Shown here piece after piece: positions 60,660 through 64,000 of a stretch of DNA of 64,000 nucleotides. A program made the position numbers and the translations under genes. The stretch is from Gamaleyavirus NAN33P5. Each line of letters starts with the position of its first letter. The stretch's first letter is position 1. The stretch is taken from sequence record OZ035750.1. One strand, given 5' to 3'. The notes beneath the pieces are model-generated. The model had not been told where the DNA came from, ran no database searches, and saw nothing but the letters and a program-made list of their open reading frames with translations.

Positions 60660-60827
60660 TTAAGACAAGCGTTTAAGCAGCTCTTCTCTAGCAGATTTAT
60701 ACTCTTCCTCAATTCCCGGTCGATCTTCCGGGTCTTGAGCACCAATCATTTCACGAGCACGAACAGCTTTTTCAAAGTTTTCCAAAGCTTCTTGCGGTGA
60801 TTTAGATTTGCAATCTGTCAGGGACAT
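60660..60827 (-). CDS. small early hypothetical protein
   Basis: ORF 60660-60860; start placed at ATG 60827 (MSLTD) with AGGAG RBS. Confidence 0.4.
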   Translation of the reverse strand: MSLTDCKSKSPQEALENFEKAVRAREMIGAQDPEDRPGIEEEYKSAREELLKRLS

Positions 60828-60848
60828 TTTACTTCTCCTAAAGTAGAT

Positions 60849-60861
60849 GATGCTTCGCATC
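60849..60861. promoter_or_regulatory. hairpin with inverse loop (GATGC-TTC-GCATC on plus strand)
   Basis: Same stem as promoter at 60640-60652 but loop is TTC on plus strand (GAA on minus) and no CCAAAAG block. Confidence 0.25.
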
Positions 60862-60938
60862 TTCTGCGAATAACTATCTACTTAGTTAAACTATCTAATC
60901 TTTATAAAAGGAGACTCCGAAGAGCCTCCTATATTGAC

Positions 60939-61262
60939 TTAGTCTTTAGTCAGGATGTCGATTACTTTTGAATATTCTGCGTTATAGATACGAGCGTTTT
61001 CTGAATCTTTGCAGAATTCTTCGATACTTTTCTTACGCATAGTCTCGTTCATAGCTGTTTCTTCAGCTAATTTGTTTACGAATGTATGCATTTCTAATTT
61101 AGTACGGATGGCTTGTTTCTCTGCCATAGTACTTACATATGAATTAAGCATACCTACTGCTTTAGTAGCTGTGCCGAATGTATCTGCAACAGTAGTAGCA
61201 GCAGAGTTAACAGTACCAAGTAAAGTTCCTGCGGTCATACGTACAGTAGCGGTAGTAGTCAT
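60939..61262 (-). CDS. early hypothetical protein
   Basis: ORF 60939-61448; start placed at ATG 61262 (MTTTATV, GGAG RBS) because a promoter hairpin lies inside the longer frame. Confidence 0.4.
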   Translation of the reverse strand: MTTTATVRMTAGTLLGTVNSAATTVADTFGTATKAVGMLNSYVSTMAEKQAIRTKLEMHTFVNKLAEETAMNETMRKKSIEEFCKDSENARIYNAEYSKVIDILTKD

Positions 61263-61298
61263 GATGATAGCTCCAATAGTTGATGATAGGACGACATG

Positions 61299-61318
61299 TC
61301 CATAACATGCGGAGCATG
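61299..61318 (-). promoter_or_regulatory. vRNAP-type hairpin promoter candidate (drives leftward transcription)
   Basis: Plus strand TCCATAA + CATGC-GGA-GCATG. Confidence 0.5.
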
Positions 61319-61478
61319 TGTAACGTGTAAGGTGGGGTAGGGTAGTGGCTACAGGGTCAACATACCGGGGGGGGATGGTTGAGTGTAAGGGTGTAGCCCC
61401 AGCCACACCACTGTAGTCATACATAGCTATCAACATTTTGGTATGCAAAAATATTATAACTATCTCACTTATAAGCAG

Positions 61479-61817
61479 TTAAATAGGAGGTGAGATTCGG
61501 GTGATAATACGAGCTATGCCAGAGTAATAATCAGGATGGTTAGGGTTACCACTACTATGTCTTACGGCAGCATCTTTGATAAACACATGAGCATAATCAC
61601 CTAATAAGATGAAGGCTGACTCACCATTTTGCAGGATAACTATCTCTGCATTGCTGTTAGTAAGTAGCTTATGCCCTTGTGCAAAGTCTGCTAACTCTCC
61701 TGGTTCCATTATTAGTGTGGAATCCCCATAGGACATAAGGTGGATGATTGCTTTCTCTGGTTCAGAAGAGTAGTGCAGTAAGTCAGTACCACTCATGCCT
61801 AAGAGTTTAATGTTCAT
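61479..61817 (-). CDS. small early protein (paralog family member)
   Basis: 112 aa; shares an ILEPG/IMEPGE-type segment with ORFs 62086-62370 and 63568-63858. Confidence 0.4.
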   Translation of the reverse strand: MNIKLLGMSGTDLLHYSSEPEKAIIHLMSYGDSTLIMEPGELADFAQGHKLLTNSNAEIVILQNGESAFILLGDYAHVFIKDAAVRHSSGNPNHPDYYSGIARIITRISPPI

Positions 61818-62085
61818 ACTTTAGTACCTGCTTGAGAAGACTATCCATGTAATAACAGTATGCCTCGGAGGATTCATCATTAATTGGTAAGCCAACGAAG
61901 CCAAGGGTGTATATGCAGAAGTGATTAAGTTCATGAACCAATGTGATAGGGTTGCTATCCTGTACATAGATAAGTACCGAACCATCGGGGAGTAGTGTAG
62001 TAACACCTTTACTTTGCTCCCCTGGTTCAATGCCTTTAGTTTTCTTGTACTTCTAACTGTACCGGATAGGGAGATGTGTTTAGTT

Positions 62086-62370
62086 TCATTGCCTTTCCTT
62101 ATAGATTGGGGTGTTATCCTCGAAGGATAGTATGTACTTGTCCGTATTGAGATGCCATGGACTGAAGCCATCCTGCCAGGACATGGGTGTTCCTGGTTCA
62201 AGTAGATGTACTTCTGCTTTCTTATTGTATAAGAAAATTAATCCTTGTAGCTCATGCAGGGACTGCTCGTCTGGAACGAGGATAAGTACATCAGCAACTA
62301 GGTTAGCTACTTCTTTATGATGGGTGTATTCATCCCAAGGTAGCTCTGAATAAATTTTACTGATAACCAT
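62086..62370 (-). CDS. small early protein (paralog family member)
   Basis: 94 aa; LHELQGLIFLYNKKAEVHLLEPGT aligns with FHELSGIMLLENRPGVTILEPQET of ORF 63568-63858. Confidence 0.4.
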   Translation of the reverse strand: MVISKIYSELPWDEYTHHKEVANLVADVLILVPDEQSLHELQGLIFLYNKKAEVHLLEPGTPMSWQDGFSPWHLNTDKYILSFEDNTPIYKERQ

Positions 62371-62684
62371 TAGTAGCTCTCGTCGCTAGATAAATATGAG
62401 GAAGGATAGAGGGTAATGAGTCTACCTGTAAGAGTAGTAGCTACCATAGGTTCACAGGAGGAGAAGATGTATACAGCGACATCCTCCGGAACTTCAATGG
62501 AAGTATCTATCCTAATAAAGGTAATAGGTGCACCTAACATTAAACAGGTTCCGATGAACTCATCTGCTTTTTCACATTGTTCATAGTACATGGTCATGGG
62601 TTTACTTATTCCCAACCATGGAGATTTACCTACCCCCAGATTAAGGGGACAGGTACTACGACTACTTAAACCATAGAAGTGCAT
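62370..62684 (-). CDS. small early hypothetical protein
   Basis: 104-aa ORF. Confidence 0.4.
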   Translation of the reverse strand: MHFYGLSSRSTCPLNLGVGKSPWLGISKPMTMYYEQCEKADEFIGTCLMLGAPITFIRIDTSIEVPEDVAVYIFSSCEPMVATTLTGRLITLYPSSYLSSDESY

Positions 62685-62687
62685 GGC

Positions 62688-63002
62688 TTACTTCCTTACG
62701 TAATAGTAACGGTATTCGTCATTCTCATGGCGACTATCCCATTGGTATTCATCGGATACCATCATGAAAGGTAGAGCGTCATATGCATCGCTAAAGGAGT
62801 AGACGGAAGGTGGGACAATACATACAACCTTACGGTCATTACCCGCTAAGAATAATTGGTCCCTTACTTCATGGTAGTCCTCTAAGGTAGGAACTAGGAT
62901 TACACGTTGTGGGCTACTATTCATGACTTCTTCTAAAGAGAAGTCAGTTGTGTACAGGGATTCCCCTTTAATAAAACTGGGGGCGGTCATTATGAATTTC
63001 AT
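62688..63002 (-). CDS. small early hypothetical protein
   Basis: 104-aa ORF. Confidence 0.4.
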   Translation of the reverse strand: MKFIMTAPSFIKGESLYTTDFSLEEVMNSSPQRVILVPTLEDYHEVRDQLFLAGNDRKVVCIVPPSVYSFSDAYDALPFMMVSDEYQWDSRHENDEYRYYYVRK

Positions 63003-63366
63003 GATTGATTCTCCTTCCTTTAGGGATAGGTCTGAAGTAAATGGAAAGTGTCTTATTAAAGACGTTATGGTCAGCTATCAATTCCCAACCATCTATCTTA
63101 TAGAAGCGTACACCAGGGAAGATCATATGGAAGTCACTGTAAAAGGAAAGATCATACACCTTTGGTTCAGTAAGTATCTTAGTATTGAGTTGCAGGTTGG
63201 ATAGGAAAAGAGAACCAATAACCTCATGGGACTCTTCGCAGTCAGGTAAGAATACTGTTTGCCACGGGGTAATGAACTTACTTACTACTTCTGGTTCCGC
63301 AAGGTAATAGGGTTCTTGCTTGCGTAATACTCCGGTAATATCAATATCAAAAAAGTAGATGCTCAT
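62968..63366 (-). CDS. small early hypothetical protein
   Basis: 132-aa ORF. Confidence 0.4.
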   Translation of the reverse strand: MSIYFFDIDITGVLRKQEPYYLAEPEVVSKFITPWQTVFLPDCEESHEVIGSLFLSNLQLNTKILTEPKVYDLSFYSDFHMIFPGVRFYKIDGWELIADHNVFNKTLSIYFRPIPKGRRINHEIHNDRPQFY

Positions 63367-63380
63367 AATTGCATACCTCC

Positions 63381-63418
63381 AGAAAAAGAAATGGGGTAGA
63401 GCCTCTCGACCCTACCCC
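63381..63418 (-). terminator. rho-independent terminator (minus strand)
   Basis: GGGGTAGGGTCGAGAGGCTCTACCCC on minus strand followed by ATTTCTTTTTC. Confidence 0.5.
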
Positions 63419-63567
63419 TTACCGTTTTCAATCACGGGTCAGTTCATCCCCCTAGGTACTTATGTACCGTTAGACCTACGGAGTAGGAAAGGAGCCGGGG
63501 AACCCTGACTGTAGAAGTTATTAACTCTTTACGAGTACCGCCACTGTCTACTAGGCGGCATGACTAA

Positions 63568-63858
63568 TCACATCGTCACCGTCATCCGAACGCTATCTTT
63601 GCTTCGTTTGATGGAGACACTATGGGGTAATCTTGTGAAGAACACAAGAGCTGAACTAGACTTTTCTAAAGAGTAAGTTTCTTGTGGTTCTAAGATGGTA
63701 ACACCGGGACGGTTCTCTAATAACATGATTCCAGACAACTCATGGAATGCATCTTCGTCATGGGTAAGGATTATATCACCTGAAAGAATGCCAGCCTTGG
63801 TGTGGTCTAGCTCCTTGTATTCGTCTTTAGAGTCTTGGACTCTCATATAGATCCTCAA
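63568..63858 (-). CDS. small early protein (paralog family member)
   Basis: 96-aa ORF; shares conserved segment with 62086-62370. Confidence 0.4.
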   Translation of the reverse strand: MRIYMRVQDSKDEYKELDHTKAGILSGDIILTHDEDAFHELSGIMLLENRPGVTILEPQETYSLEKSSSALVFFTRLPHSVSIKRSKDSVRMTVTM

Positions 63859-64000
63859 GGGAGTACTCCTTGGGGAATAGGGTCATCGGAACATTACATA
63901 CTATTTAGTATCATGAACTTTTTCTATATCATGACTAAAGTGTAGCTGTGTGATAGAGTTTCTTCAAGGGGTATCTCACCCCAAGAAAAGAATCTTCGTT

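Noticed and set aside
60548-60745. 65-aa ORF overlapping both neighbouring early genes
   Set aside because: Overlaps two better-supported ORFs in another frame and spans a promoter hairpin
60939-61448. Long form (169 aa) of ORF 60939-61448
   Set aside because: A conserved promoter hairpin lies inside the N-terminal extension and an RBS-preceded ATG exists at 61262; the shorter form is preferred
61821-62201. 126-aa ORF overlapping 62086-62370
   Set aside because: N-terminal two-thirds overlaps a paralog-family gene in another frame and has atypical composition; possibly only a frameshift remnant
1-64000. CRISPR arrays, integrase/attachment sites, transposases
   Set aside because: No regularly spaced direct repeats, integrase-like or transposase-like ORFs were seen; the only mobile elements found are intron/HNH homing elements

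Overview
This window reads as a large internal segment of an N4-like (Schitoviridae-type) lytic phage genome, shown in reverse orientation relative to the usual N4 map. Positions 1-21654 carry a plus-strand virion module: portal (5'-truncated), a capsid-region protein, the major capsid protein, several virion proteins and a single 3.4k-codon ORF typical of the virion-encapsidated RNA polymerase. After a bidirectional terminator at about 21655-21690, every gene runs on the minus strand: a 1.8 kb ORF-free structured region with tRNA and tRNA-like elements (23130-24900), a replication/recombination block (RuvC-like resolvase, SSB, Sak4-like ATPase, primase, nuclease, family-A DNA polymerase, helicase), rIIA/rIIB, nucleotide-metabolism genes, a T7-like two-subunit RNA polymerase, and many small early genes (55300-63900). 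The most notable find is an AAA+ ATPase gene (47555-50354) that appears split into three exons by two group-I-like introns, each carrying an HNH homing endonuclease and sharing a conserved 3' element. The early region also carries four copies of a conserved CCA(A/T)AAG + 5-bp-stem/3-nt-loop hairpin matching the architecture of N4 virion-RNAP promoters. All protein calls rest on motifs read by eye in the supplied translations plus synteny; no database search was run.
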